Source: Eledone cirrhosa
Lineage: Eukaryota
DNA: 64,000 nt
Reading direction: 5' to 3'
Assembly (NCBI GenBank): GCA_964016885.1
Contig: OZ024743.1
Coordinates: 283,836,001 to 283,900,000 of the forward strand
Part shown: positions 26,986-41,700 of the stretch, piece by piece
Layout: every line of letters begins with the position of its first letter
Position numbering within the stretch: the first letter of the stretch is position 1
Translations under genes and position numbers: made by a program
Notes under the pieces: generated by a model
Databases searched by the model: none
What the model was told of the DNA's origin: nothing
The model's input: only the letters and a program-made list of their open reading frames with translations

Positions 26986-29900
26986 ACTCATCCAAGTAGG
27001 CTCATCTCCACATACCCACCCACTCGAAACCCCACCATTTGCCGCTACTCTCTACGCTATAGAATATGTACGGATAGTGGCTGCAAATTCACCCATTTAC
27101 CTAGGACAAAACGATCTATCCCCACAAACAGCCACCACCATAATACATACTCTAATTTAACACCAACACAACCACCAATAACTCAAACAAGGAATCCACA
27201 AATCTGCCGCTTTTCCCTGCGAGACAGATTGTGTTTAGACCGGGATTGTCCCTCTACCCATCTCCCGGGGACCCGTCGGACAAATGAAAATAAAATTAAA
27301 AATAAAAGCAAAAACAAAAACCATAACCTACATAAAAATAACCACTACCACAGTCACCAACAGTCTTCTAAACAGGAAACTTCTTCCTCTTTTTTAGCCA
27401 TAATGAATCTGGCAAAAGAACTGGAAAAAAACATTCGAGCTATCACCCAGCACCACCCTCCACTATCACCCCACTGCACAAACTCCCATTGCTGCCATTA
27501 ACAAACAAACAAATTAACAACACACCAAAACAATTAAAACCATCCACTCTCGCCTCTACATTTTTGCTTAATGCCCAAGGCATCAGCCCTTCCACCAATA
27601 CTCAAAAATGGAAGATCAAATTCCTGGAGGACTGGATTGATGTCCATCCAAACCACATCCCTTTCTTCGTCCTCACTGAAACCCATTTCAGCAACCTCCA
27701 CTTGGAAGCCGAGGTGAAAGTGAAAAATTTCAAAGCCATCCGTGCTGATCGCGCTGGCAGAAGAAAGGGCGGGACTGCCATTTATGTCCATAATTCTTTC
27801 TCAACAGAGGCTATGAACATATTCACTAATGGATACTGTGAAGCAGTCACTGTATTCAGTCAAACCAACAACCTAATAGTAGTTGGGCTCTATAGGCCAC
27901 CCCAAACGCCTGTACCATGCTTCAAGGAATGCCTCAACAGCATAAAGTGTTTCATCCAAGAGTGTCACCCTGACAACATCTTAATGATGGGGGACTTCAA
28001 CCTCCCCAGAGTTGACTGGTCCACAAACAGCCTGCCACCAGGTTCTTCTGCCTCAACCTCTGACAGGGAAGCAGTGGAATCGCTTCTTGACTTCATGGAT
28101 GATTTCTTCCTATCCCAACTGGTGCTCGAACCAACGAGGTGCCACAAAAACGTCCTAGACTTAATTTTCAGCAATCACACTGACAATATTGCAGTGGAGA
28201 AAACTCTACTCTCTGATCATGACATGGTTCTCTGTGATCTGAGATTCCACCGTCCAATATACAAACCCAATGTCATCTCTCCTGTCCATCCGTTTGACGC
28301 TATGGATTTCCACAATGCAAACTGGGAAGCGATCAGTCATGATCTTGCACATGTCGACTGGTCCTTCACGCACACTCATACACCCACTAACATCAAAAAG
28401 TCCTGGCAGACATTTGTGGACACTGTTACAAACATATGTGCAAAACACACCCCATTAAGAACTATAAACAAATCTAAGAGCAGAATCCCTAGAAATAGAA
28501 AAACGCTCATCAGAAAAATTAAGAGAACGAACAAAAAAATCAACAAGCTGAAATACTGTCAGCAGCAACACATCAACTTGACTGCCATTTCATCACTAGA
28601 GATTAAAAAACATAACCTCCAAAACAACATAATGTCCCTCATCAACAATCAGAGAAGAGCTGAAGAGGCCTGGGCCATTGAGAAGATCAAACTCAATCCC
28701 AAAGTGTTCTTTTCATTTGCAAAAAAACACAAAATCACTGGCTCTACTGTTGGCCCTCTAATTGATGAAAATGGCACTCTTCAAGACAATGCTAAAACCA
28801 TGGGTGAGATACTGCAGAAACAATACTGCTCTGTTTTCAGCAATCCTGATATGGCCGATCTGGGCTGTATCGGCGATGTTACTCCCCATTACACCTTATC
28901 GGACATAACGTTTGGCGCCCCTGATGTCTTAGCGGCAATAAAGGAAATCAAGCATAATTCAGCAGTAGGTCCCGATAGGTTCCCTGCTTGTGTCTTGAAG
29001 GCGTGTCAACACCAACTTGCATCTCCTCTTGCCAATCTGTGGCGGAACTCACTGGATGCTGGATATGTGCCAGAAAATCTATCCCAGTCTGTTGTCCCAG
29101 TTTTCAAAAAGGGAAACAAATCCCTTGCCGTGAATTACCGTCCAATCTCACTCACCTCTCATATCATTAAGGTATTTGAGAGAGTGGTGAGATCGCGAAT
29201 GACCCACTTCCTTGAGAGTAACAATATGCTGAACTCCAACCAGCATGGATTCCGTAATGGAAGGGATTGCCTGACGCAGCTACTGCATCACTTTGATGAC
29301 ATTTTGAGAGCCTTGGGAGAGGGTTCCAACACTGATGTTATCTACCTTGATTTCAGCAAGGCCTTTGACAGGGTTGATCATAACATTCTACTGAGAAAGC
29401 TGTCCAATATTGGTGTCACTGGAAAGCTGCTGCAGTGGATCAAGAGCTTCCTGTCAAACAGAACCCAACATGTTGTAGTTGAAGGAGTCAAATCCAGCCC
29501 AGCCAAAGTCAGTAGTGGGGTCCCACAAGGCACTGTTGGGCCCACTTCTCTTCATCATCTATATTAATGACATCACTGACATCATCAAACACAGCAACAT
29601 TAAAATTTTCGCTGATGATTCCAAGCTCCAAAAGGTCATCAATGGCGTGGATGACCGGATAAGCCTTTAGTCAGACCTACTGGCTGTTACCCAATGGGCG
29701 GAAAAGAACAACATGTTACTGAACGAAGACAAATTCGAACTGATCCACTTTGGAAAAGAGGATGCTCTGAAACTCCCGTACTCCCTTCCTTCCGGGGAAA
29801 CTCTCGTGGCATCTAACAACATCAGAGACTTGGGAGTAACCGTGGACAGCAACATAAGCTGGACCACGCATATAAGCAGCAAAGTTGACATGGCCCGCAG

Positions 29901-30570
29901 AATGTGTTCCTGGATCCTCAGAACCTTCCAGTCGAGAGATTCCCACACCATTATCCTTCTCTTCTCTACTTTTGCCCGACCACACCTTGAATACTGTTGT
30001 CCACTGTGGTCTCCCCACACGAAACAAAGTATCATGAAACTTGAAGCTCCTCAAAGGGCAATCACGAAAAAGATAGATGGCATGTCAGACCTTGACTACT
30101 GGGGTCGACTAGAAAAGCTGAAACTTTACTCACTCCAACGTCGCCGTGAGCGTTATATTATCTGCATGATGTGGAAAATGTTCCATCATCACTGCCCAAA
30201 TGATGTTGGCATCGCCTTCAAGATACACCCAAGGCTTGGGCCCCGTGCTATCCGTCCCATACAAAAATCTAAATCGCAACTCATAACAACAATACGGCAC
30301 AATTATTTCACCTCAATCGGCCCTGCTCTCTTCAACATCACACCAGGACACGTCAAAACAGAAACTGACCACACAAAATTCAAGAAGTCTTTGGACAAAT
30401 TCCTCCAAGTAATCCCGGACAAACCACACACACCCGCAAACAGTAATTCTCTTTTCGAATGGGCCATGGTGTCCAAATCCTGAATTGAAAGACTTCGCCA
30501 GGTGGTGCTATTAAGTTAGACATGGCCTGGGCCAATACTGGCCAAAACATTTCAAAGTTATTCAAAGTTA
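26986..30570 (+). mobile_element. CR1/L2-group LINE family A, 5'-truncated in ORF1 (two CCCH fingers); APE-RT ORF2 with a frameshift at ~29535 and a TAG at 29668
   Basis: ORF1 frame 26986-27501 has two C-x8-C-x4-C-x3-H motifs; ORF2 has LLNAQG, LTETH, GDFN, SDH, YLDFSKAFD, GVPQGT, FADD, RPHLEY; 3' tail (TTCAAAGTTA)2 abuts a TA array. Confidence 0.93.
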
Positions 30571-32521
<1,951 letters not shown>

Positions 32522-33224
32522 AGGCTTGGCACTTGTTGGTATAAGACGTGAATTGTCGTCTCTCCAGATTTGAAATTTTAATATTTTAAATCGACAGTAA
32601 TCGGATTTATGTATGGTTTTAATTCTTCAGAGGACAAGGAAAATATACAAAAATGATAAGTTTTTGTGCTTTGACGCGGTTGTTTTGAAGTATATTTTAC
32701 AGATATTACCGTTTTGAACATGTTTATTTTCACTGTGTGATTCCTTCATAGGAGACAGCACACACACGTGCTTTCTATTTTTCTTGACTACCATACAGAG
32801 CATTTTGGTTTAACTTAAACAGATCTTGTGTTGTTTTGATTTTTCTGAGTAACATAATTTAATTTGATATAATCTTGTTTGATTTGGTATAATCTTATCT
32901 GTATTTGACCCGATTTTGTTGTTTCTTGTATGATATGCTGATATTACAATAACTTTGTATATTTGTAAACAAACATTTACATTCAGCTTATATACAACTT
33001 ACATCGTGTTTCTATATCTCTATGTTTCCGGTTTCTTCCATTCATTAATTTAAATTTAAAAATTTATTTTTATATTTATGAACTGCTGTTGCTCACGCTG
33101 TCTCTATCTCTCTCCTTCCTTCCTCTCTCTCTCTCTCTCCTTCCTTCCTCTCTCTCTCTCTCTCTCCCTCTCTCTCTCTCTAGATCAACGAGCTCTCTAG
33201 ATCAACGAGCTCTAGATCAACGAG

Positions 33225-33265
<41 letters not shown>

Positions 33266-33469
33266 CTCTCTCTCCCTCTGACCTTCCCCCCCACTCTTCC
33301 CGCTATCTCTCTCGCTCCCCTCTTCTGTCTCCCTCTTTTCTTTTCTTTTCTTCTGTTTCTCTTTCTTTTTCTCGCTGGAGTTATATCTCTATCTCCCTCC
33401 CTCCCTCTGTCTCTCTCTAACCTCTGCCCTACACTTCCCACTGTCTCTCTTTCTCCCCTCCACAGCGAA

Positions 33470-34411
33470 ATGGACTGCATGCAGGAGAAAGGTGAAATCA
33501 GGAGTCAACGAAACTGGTCAAAGATGGAACTAGCGGTTTTGATCAAGGGGTGGACCATGGCTGATGGGTCTCCACCAAGCAAAAAGATGGCGGAGACCCT
33601 GAAGAGCCATGGGTTTCTGAGGACCCTGGCACAGATAGAGAGAAAGAGAAAAGAAATTGAGAAGGCGTATGTCCTCATAGCGCCACATATGGCGATGCTA
33701 AGCCGTGTCCTCAGGGAGGAGAAAACCGAAGGGAGGGATGAGGAGAAGGAGAGGGAAGAGGAAGGGGAAAGAGAAAAGGAGGAGAGCACAAGCACGGACC
33801 TGAAAGAAAATGATATACCCTCCGCCACAGGCAGGGAGGGCAGGCCGGGCAACCAACAAGCTAAGGGCAAAGGTGAAAAGCGAAATCACCTTCCGAAGGA
33901 GAACCAAGCACAGAGGGACCAGTGAACAACTATTCAAAGAAAGAACAGAAAGCACCGAGACACTGGGAGCAAAAAACCCCAAGTAATGTGCAAGTTTTTC
34001 AAGAACGGGACATGCTGGCATGGAGAGACAGGGATGGGATGCAGATTCACCCACCCTAGGTCTCAAACGAACTATGCCCATCATACTTGCGCAACATGCC
34101 CCAGCCAAAGCCGAAATAAGCCGCTCCAGAAGTATGCTGATGTCGCGCGTGCTGCACCAACAAGGAGAAGGCACGCACATGCCGACGAGATACAGATGGC
34201 AGCAGCAGATCAGAAAAATTTTTTAGTGATGGCAGAGAAGATTGTGGGACAGCTGACCTGGCTGCATCGTCTCCAGAGCCAGGGTCATCCACACCAGCAC
34301 TCGAGACCACCGCAGTTAAGGGACCCAGAGTGGCCGCCGCTGACACCAGATCAGGTGTCATACCGACAGCCATTACTGGCAGCCCAAAAGTCACACCAGT
34401 GCTGCTGCTGA
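33470..34411 (+). CDS. LINE family B ORF1: Myb/trihelix-like domain plus CCCH finger; one in-frame TGA at 33923
   Basis: RNWSKMELAVLIKGW...MAETLKSHGFLRTLAQIERKRKEIEKAY and CKFFKNGTCWHGETGMGCRFTHP; track ORFs 33089 and 33986 share a frame and only one TGA separates them. Confidence 0.75.
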
Positions 34412-37371
34412 ATGTCAGGGGCCTGGTGAAACTCAGCAACATGAGTAAAATTTCCTACCTGGGAGACTTAGCCATAAGCAATCAAGCACTATGCATGGCA
34501 CTAACCGAAACGCACCTGACAAGCAGTATAGCAGATGCAGAAATACATATACCGAAATATACTGTATTTCGTTCGGACAGGAAGGAGAGAACTCATGGTG
34601 GGGTTGCTCTGTATATCCGTGAAGATGTCACACCAATTGTACTGTTGACACATTCAAACTCAGTCTGTGACACACTGATAATACATATGAAGCAACTACA
34701 GACGGTAATATGTGTCACATATCGGCCGCCCGATGCCCCCAGTCATGAGGGTAAATTTGAGGATAGCCTAAGTAGGATAGAAGAGGTCCTTGACAAACTG
34801 GACCAGGGTCTCAACATCCTACTGCTGGGAGACTTCAACCTACCAAAGGTCAAATGGCCTGAGGGCCACCTCCTCCCTGGAATGACGTCAATAGAACAGA
34901 GACAGACGGAATCCCTGCTGGCCCTCACACACAGGCTGTTCATGGAGCAAGCAATACTCCTCCCAACAAGAGGCGAAAATGTCCTGGACCTCTGTTTTAT
35001 AAACAACGAAGTGCTCATCCACAATGTAAAGGTGACACCAACAATTCTCTCGGATCATAACTTAGTAGAGCTAATGATATGTGGTCCAAGAGAACCAACA
35101 GAGACAAAACCACCAAGAAGCTCCGGGACGCTATCCAACCTTAACTTCTACAAGGCTAACTGGAAAAAGATTAAGAGTGAAATCCGGAAGCAAACATGGA
35201 GTGAAAACATTGCCACACAAGACACTAACACACAATTTCAACACTTCATGACAACGATACACACCATATGCAAAAAGTGTGTCCCGGAGAAAGAGGCAAA
35301 CAGACACAAAAATCTTATTCCCAGAGATAGGAAAATCCTTATGAGACGTAGAACTAAACTCTCAAACCAGTTGAATAGTCAACAAAACCAAAACAAGAAG
35401 GAATCCTATTTGAAACGTGCACTACTTGACACCGAGATTGCACTCAAACTTTCACATGAGAATGAGAGGGCAAAGAAAGAGAACAGGGCCATAGAAAACA
35501 TTAAAACAAACCCTAAGGCCTTCTTTAAATTTGCAAAAGAAACTGCCTCAGTACACTGCAAGATTGGACCACTCTTCCACACGGACGGTTCATTAACCGA
35601 AAATCCCCAAGAGATATGTGAAATACTGAACGAACAGTACAAAAGTGTCTTCACATGTCCACTGAGGCACATGCAAATAACGAAGCCAGAGGAGTTCTTT
35701 GATGCCACAACACTACATCAAGAAATGGCAACCATCAACCACATAGACATAACGGAGGAGGATGTGGTGTACGCCATTGATGAAATTAGAACAGACTCGG
35801 CTGCTGGACCTGATGGATTCCCAGCAGTTCTCCTAAAAATATGTAAGCGGGCCTTAGCAACTCCACTGAAGATGCTCTTCAGAAGCTCCTTGGCTAGCGG
35901 TGTACTACCCAGGGAGCTGAAAGAAGGCACAATATGCCCTATCCATAAAGGAGGTAGTAGAGCGGAGGCCAAGAACTATAGGCCAGTCTCCCTGACGTCG
36001 CATATCAGTAAGGTCATGGAGCGAGTCGTCAGAAAGAAACTAATCACTTTCCTCGAAGAAAATGACCGCCTGACTAGCACGCAACATGGCTTCCGCCCAG
36101 GAAGAAGCTGCCTTACACAGCTGCTACATCACTACGACTGGGTACTGAGACAACTACTAGACAGCTCACATGTAGACGTGATATATCTTGACTTTGCGAA
36201 GGCCTTTGACAAGGTCGACCACGGAATGATATGTCACAAACTACACGGACTCGGCATAACTGGAAAAGTAGGTGAGTGGCTGCATGGCTTCCTAAGGGAC
36301 AGAAGCCAGGCAGTCGCAGCAAATGGGGCCCTCTCGAGGGAAACACCGATAACAAGTGGGGTGCCCCAGGGGACAGTCCAGGGACCACTACTGTTTTTGG
36401 TGGCTCTCTCGGACATGCCCTCTGTGGTGCATGCAACAACATCCCTCACTAGCTATGCTGATGACACTAAGGTAGCACAGGCAATCAAAAACCCGGCTGA
36501 CGCTGCCCTCTTACAGCAGGATCTGGATGCCATATACAGATGGGCGGAAGAAAACAACATGCAGTTTAATGCTGGCAAATTCCAAGCCCTACAATACAAA
36601 CCTGCAAACACAAACACAAATATAGCGGAACACAGCTACACAGGACCAGGAGGGACCGATATCCCCGTGTCAAAATCGATACGAGACCTGGGCATAGACA
36701 TGAGCGATGATGCATCTTTTTCTTCACACATCATGAAGGTGGCGACAACATGTAGACGATTCGCTGGCTGGATCTTGAGGACTTTCCTTACAAGAGATCG
36801 AGACACCATGTTGACACTGTGGAGGACTTTTGTTCTAAGCCGCCTGGACTACTGCTCCCAGCTGTGGTCACCCCATAGTGTCAAACTAACCACGGAGTTT
36901 GAGGCAAGCCAGCGAAGCTACACCAAGAGGATTGCCAAGATGAGGGAGACAAGCTACTGGGAGAGGCTAAAGGAACTGAACCTCTACTCCTTGGAGCGAA
37001 GACGGGAGAGATACGCAGTGATCTACATGTGGAAAATCCTGGAGGGACTAGCACCAAACTTTGGCATTGGGAGCTGGACCAACCGTCGAACAGGACGTCA
37101 CTGTGTGGTGCCAAAGGTCCCGTCTTCCACATCTAGAATAAGGAGCAGGTATTGCAATAGACTGGGATTCAAGAGCCCTCAACTCTTCAACAGGCTGCCG
37201 AGGCATCTGCGAGACTTGCATGACGTGGAGGTGGATGTCTTTAAGAAACATCTCGACACCTTGTTATCCAGGATCCGGGATGAGCCCACAGCAAGACACG
37301 AGGGAAACCTAAGGGCAGCAGCAACAACCTCCCTCATACACCAGTGGCCAACCTATACAGGCTGGAGATAA
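34219..37371 (+). CDS. LINE family B ORF2 (APE endonuclease plus reverse transcriptase), uninterrupted
   Basis: [54 protein letters not shown]; frame is open from the slippery site at 34219. Confidence 0.93.
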   Translation, partial: FFSDGREDCGTADLAASSPEPGSSTPALETTAVKGPRVAAADTRSGVIPTAITGSPKVTPVLLLNVRGLVKLSNMSKISYLGDLAISNQALCMALTETHLTSSIADAEIHIPKYTVFRSDRKERTHGGVALYIREDVTPIVLLTHSNSVCDTLIIHMKQLQTVICVTYRPPDAPSHEGKFEDSLSRIEEVLDKLDQGLNILLLGDFNLPKVKWPEGHLLPGMTSIEQRQTESLLALTHRLFMEQAILLPTRGENVLDLCFINNEVLIHNVKVTPTILSDHNLVELMICGPREPTETKPPRSSGTLSNLNFYKANWKKIKSEIRKQTWSENIATQDTNTQFQHFMTTIHTICKKCVPEKEANRHKNLIPRDRKILMRRRTKLSNQLNSQQNQNKKESYLKRALLDTEIALKLSHENERAKKENRAIENIKTNPKAFFKFAKETASVHCKIGPLFHTDGSLTENPQEICEILNEQYKSVFTCPLRHMQITKPEEFFDATTLHQEMATINHIDITEEDVVYAIDEIRTDSAAGPDGFPAVLLKICKRALATPLKMLFRSSLASGVLPRELKEGTICPIHKGGSRAEAKNYRPVSLTSHISKVMERVVRKKLITFLEENDRLTSTQHGFRPGRSCLTQLLHHYDWVLRQLLDSSHVDVIYLDFAKAFDKVDHGMICHKLHGLGITGKVGEWLHGFLRDRSQAVAANGALSRETPITSGVPQGTVQGPLLFLVALSDMPSVVHATTSLTSYADDTKVAQAIKNPADAALLQQDLDAIYRWAEENNMQFNAGKFQALQYKPANTNTNIAEHSYTGPGGTDIPVSKSIRDLGIDMSDDASFSSHIMKVATTCRRFAGWILRTFLTRDRDTMLTLWRTFVLSRLDYCSQLWSPHSVKLTTEFEASQRSYTKRIAKMRETSYWERLKELNLYSLERRRERYAVIYMWKILEGLAPNFGIGSWTNRRTGRHCVVPKVPSSTSRIRSRYCNRLGFKSPQLFNRLPRHLRDLHDVEVDVFKKHLDTLLSRIRDEPTARHEGNLRAAATTSLIHQWPTYTGWR

Positions 37372-37447
37372 AATGTGTAGCAACAAGGGCGGTGCCCCAG
37401 CATGGCCTCAGCCGGATGGCTGAAACAGGTAAAAGAGTAAAAGAGTA

Positions 37448-38330
<883 letters not shown>

Positions 38331-38481
38331 TTATAAATTACTTTAAATATATATAGTATGCTACTTGAAAGTCAAAAATCCGATCCACCCCTTCACCCTC
38401 CTTGCTTCTCCACGAGGGGGCTGCGGTCAGCCACAATATCTCTCCCCCCCCTCTTTCTTCCCCTCTATCTCTCGCTTAGCT

Positions 38482-38514
<33 letters not shown>

Positions 38515-38799
38515 AGATAAGTTCTCCTTCATGTTTATCCACTTCGCCAATCCACCGCTGCTTCAATTATTTCTATGATGGACTCATGTAAATCGTAAAG
38601 TACAATACTTCTCTCCATTTCCACGCTCAATTCCGTACATAGTCCAAACGAACATCCAATCTCGCAAAATCCGAAATCTGTATTTTTTTTTTTTTTGTTA
38701 TCTATTTAAGGTTTAAATACGGTGTTTTTGTCGTATTGAACAGAACAAATCTTGCAGTTTTGCTTTTTGTTAAATCGCTTGTTAAACACTCATAACCTT

Positions 38800-41700
38800 C
38801 CAGCTAGCTACCCCACACCCCTCCCTCCCACCCCCACACGCCACCATACTTAATACGTGGACCAATCATAAGCCAGAGCCCCCCCCCCCCCCCGCATCAC
38901 CACCATTATTATAAGCCAGAGCCCCCCACACATCACCATTATTATTATTACGCGGACCAAATCATAAGCCAGAGGCCTATACTATCGCTTGCCCGGTTGC
39001 CTTCGATATATGATGGATGGATGGATGGACGGACGGACTGCGGAATCCTGGAGAGTGGAAGGGAGAGAAAAATCTGGACGCCCAGAGCGAAAATGCCAAA
39101 GTTCAAGTCAAATTCACCTCGTGGACGAGAATGCGAGCACTCCTCTTTGTTTCGTCCGCGGATGGCTAACATAACCCTATCTCCTCCCGCCCCCCACCAC
39201 CCCCACCCTCCAAACGCAACCCAAAACTTCAGAGTTGGTACCATAAATGTAGGCACCCTAAAGGGTCGCGCTAACGAGGTTGTAGAAATGCTTGAACGTA
39301 AGGAGGTCGATGTTTGTTGTATTCAAGAGACCAGGTGGAGGGGTGGGTCTGCTAGATTCATTGAGGGTAAAAAACGATGTTATAAGCTTTTCTGGGCGGG
39401 AAACGACGATGGGCTGGGTGGAGTAGGAATCATGGTAGCAGAAAAGTGGGCAGATAAGATAATAGACGTAAATAGAGTGAACGACAGAATAATTAAAATA
39501 AGACTTGTCCTCAATAGAACTACGGTGACAGTAATATCTGCGTACGCACCCCAATCCGGACTGCCCGGCACTATAAAAGACAGATTCTATGAGACACTGT
39601 TGCTAACTACCTCCCAAATATCTGACAGTGACTATATAATTATTGCAGGCGACCTAAATGGTCACGTTGGACAACATTGTGACGGCTACGACGAAATCCA
39701 TGGAGGCTATGGGTTTGGTACTAGAAATGAGGAAGGCTCCAGAATCCTGGAATACTGTGATGCAAATAACCTAACTATCTGTAACACTAACTTCAAAAAA
39801 CGTGACAATCACCTGATTACCTATAGATCCGGGGAACACACAAGCCAGGTAGATTATATCCTTACCAGAAGACGTGACAGAGTGTCTGTTGTAAACACTA
39901 AATCCCTCCCCCATGAAGAATGCACCTCCCAACATAGACTGATAATTAGCGACCTCATAGTCAGGACGAGACGTACCCGACAGCAGAAGAGGACTATCCT
40001 CAGGAGAAAAATATGGAAGCTAAAGGACCCCACAGCCAGAAATAAATTTCAAAGCATATTACTTGATGCTTTCGACAGTAAGGAAGAGCATCTAGAATCG
40101 GACAATATAGAGGGACAGTGGAAATTTCTGAAAGCAAACCTGCTGTTGGCGACAGACGAGGTCTGTGGCTGGAGCAGGCCTGTAGGCAGGAGGAGAGTAA
40201 CATGGTGGTGGAACAATAGGGTGGAGGGGTCAATTAAGGCCAAAAAGCAGGCTTGGAAAGTATGGCGGGATGGGGGAAGTAGAGTAGACTATCAAGTGGC
40301 CAGGAGGGAAGCTAGGAGAGAAGTGTACTTAGCAAGAAGGGAAGCGGAGGAAAGAAAGTTCAAGCATGTTCTACAACGCGATGACCAAAAACGTGAGGTG
40401 TTCAGGATTGCCAGGCAATGCGTCAAGGAAAACCGTGATATTGTCGGGGAGAAGTGTGTACTTAACGATGATGGCATACTTGCCATCACCGACACTGATA
40501 AGAAGGTAGCTTGGAAGTGTCACTATGAAAGGCTACTAAATGAGGAGAATAAATGGGAGAAAGACAGTCTCCCCCATATCGACCCGATAGAGGGACCAGC
40601 AGTGTTAGTCGAGGGGAGTATAATAAGTAAGGCAATCAAGGATATGAAGACTGGTAAGGCGGCTGGGCCTTCGGAAATAGTTGCTGAGATGCTGAAGGCA
40701 TCTGGCACGGTGGGACACACCATGGTCACCCGCATAGTTAACCAAGTCGTACAGAATGGGGTTGTTCCGAAGGACTGGCATAGCAGCATCATCGTTAACT
40801 GTTATAAGGGTAAAGGAGACGCCCTAGATAGGAGTAACTATAGAGGCATTAAATTAATCGACCAGGTCATGAAGGTCACGGAAAAAGTAATAGCGCAACT
40901 AATCAGAGAGAGAATTGATCTAGATGAAATGCAGTTCGGGTTTGTGTCAGGCAAAAGCACCACAGACGCTCTTTTCATAGTACGACAACTACAGGAGAAG
41001 TACCTAGCTAAAGGTAAACCCCTCTACTTAGCTTTTGTCGACCTGGAGAAAGCCTTCGACAGAGTCCCCCGCTCCATTATCTGGTGGGCTCTTAGAAAAC
41101 TAGGCGTTGACGAATGGCTTGTGAGGGCTACACAAGCCATGTATAAAGAAACAGTCAGCAAGGTTAGAATTAACAACGAATATAGTGAAGAGTTTAGCGT
41201 AAAAGTTGGCGTCCATCAGGGCTCTGTTCTCAGCCCCCTACTATTTATTATTGCCCTTCAGGCTATAACAGAGGAGTTCAAGACAGGCTGCCCATGGGAA
41301 CTCCTATACGCAGACGACCTGACACTCATAGCGGAATCAATGGCCGAGCTAGAGAAGAAATTCCAAACATGGAAGCACGGCCTAGAGTCAAAAGGACTTA
41401 AAATTAACCTGGCTAAGACCAAAGTTCTAGTTTGTAGGAAAGAAAACAAGGCGGCGGTCCCTTCTGGGAAATGGTCGTGCTCGGTATGTAGGAAAGGTGT
41501 AGGTAGAAACTCCATCTTATGTCCTAAATGCAAAGTATGGGTGCATAAAAGATGTAGTGGGATCACAGGTAAGCTAACTAAGAACATAGACTTTACATGT
41601 GGCCGGTGTTCTGGTGCAATAAGTAGCAGCAAGTGCCCACAAAATACTAGCTCTTTCAATTGCGCAGAGGGTTCTATAGAAATAGTGGACAGCTTCCGTT

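Larger units (their letters stand above)
33090..37447 (+). mobile_element. Near full-length CR1/L2-group LINE family B
   Basis: CT-rich 5' UTR, ORF1 33470-34411, overlapping ORF2 to 37371, short 3' UTR with (GTAAAAGA)2 tail followed by a TA array. Confidence 0.92.

Noticed and set aside
32522-33085. Possible DNA transposon end between the TA array and LINE family B
   Set aside because: No matching TIR or TSD identifiable within the window.
39105-39175. Possible HDV-like ribozyme near the RTE 5' end (TTCACCTCG...GGCTAAC; counterpart ~58110-58180)
   Set aside because: A hairpin is present, but I could not assemble the P1/P2/P3 double pseudoknot by eye, and the conservation can be explained by coding sequence.
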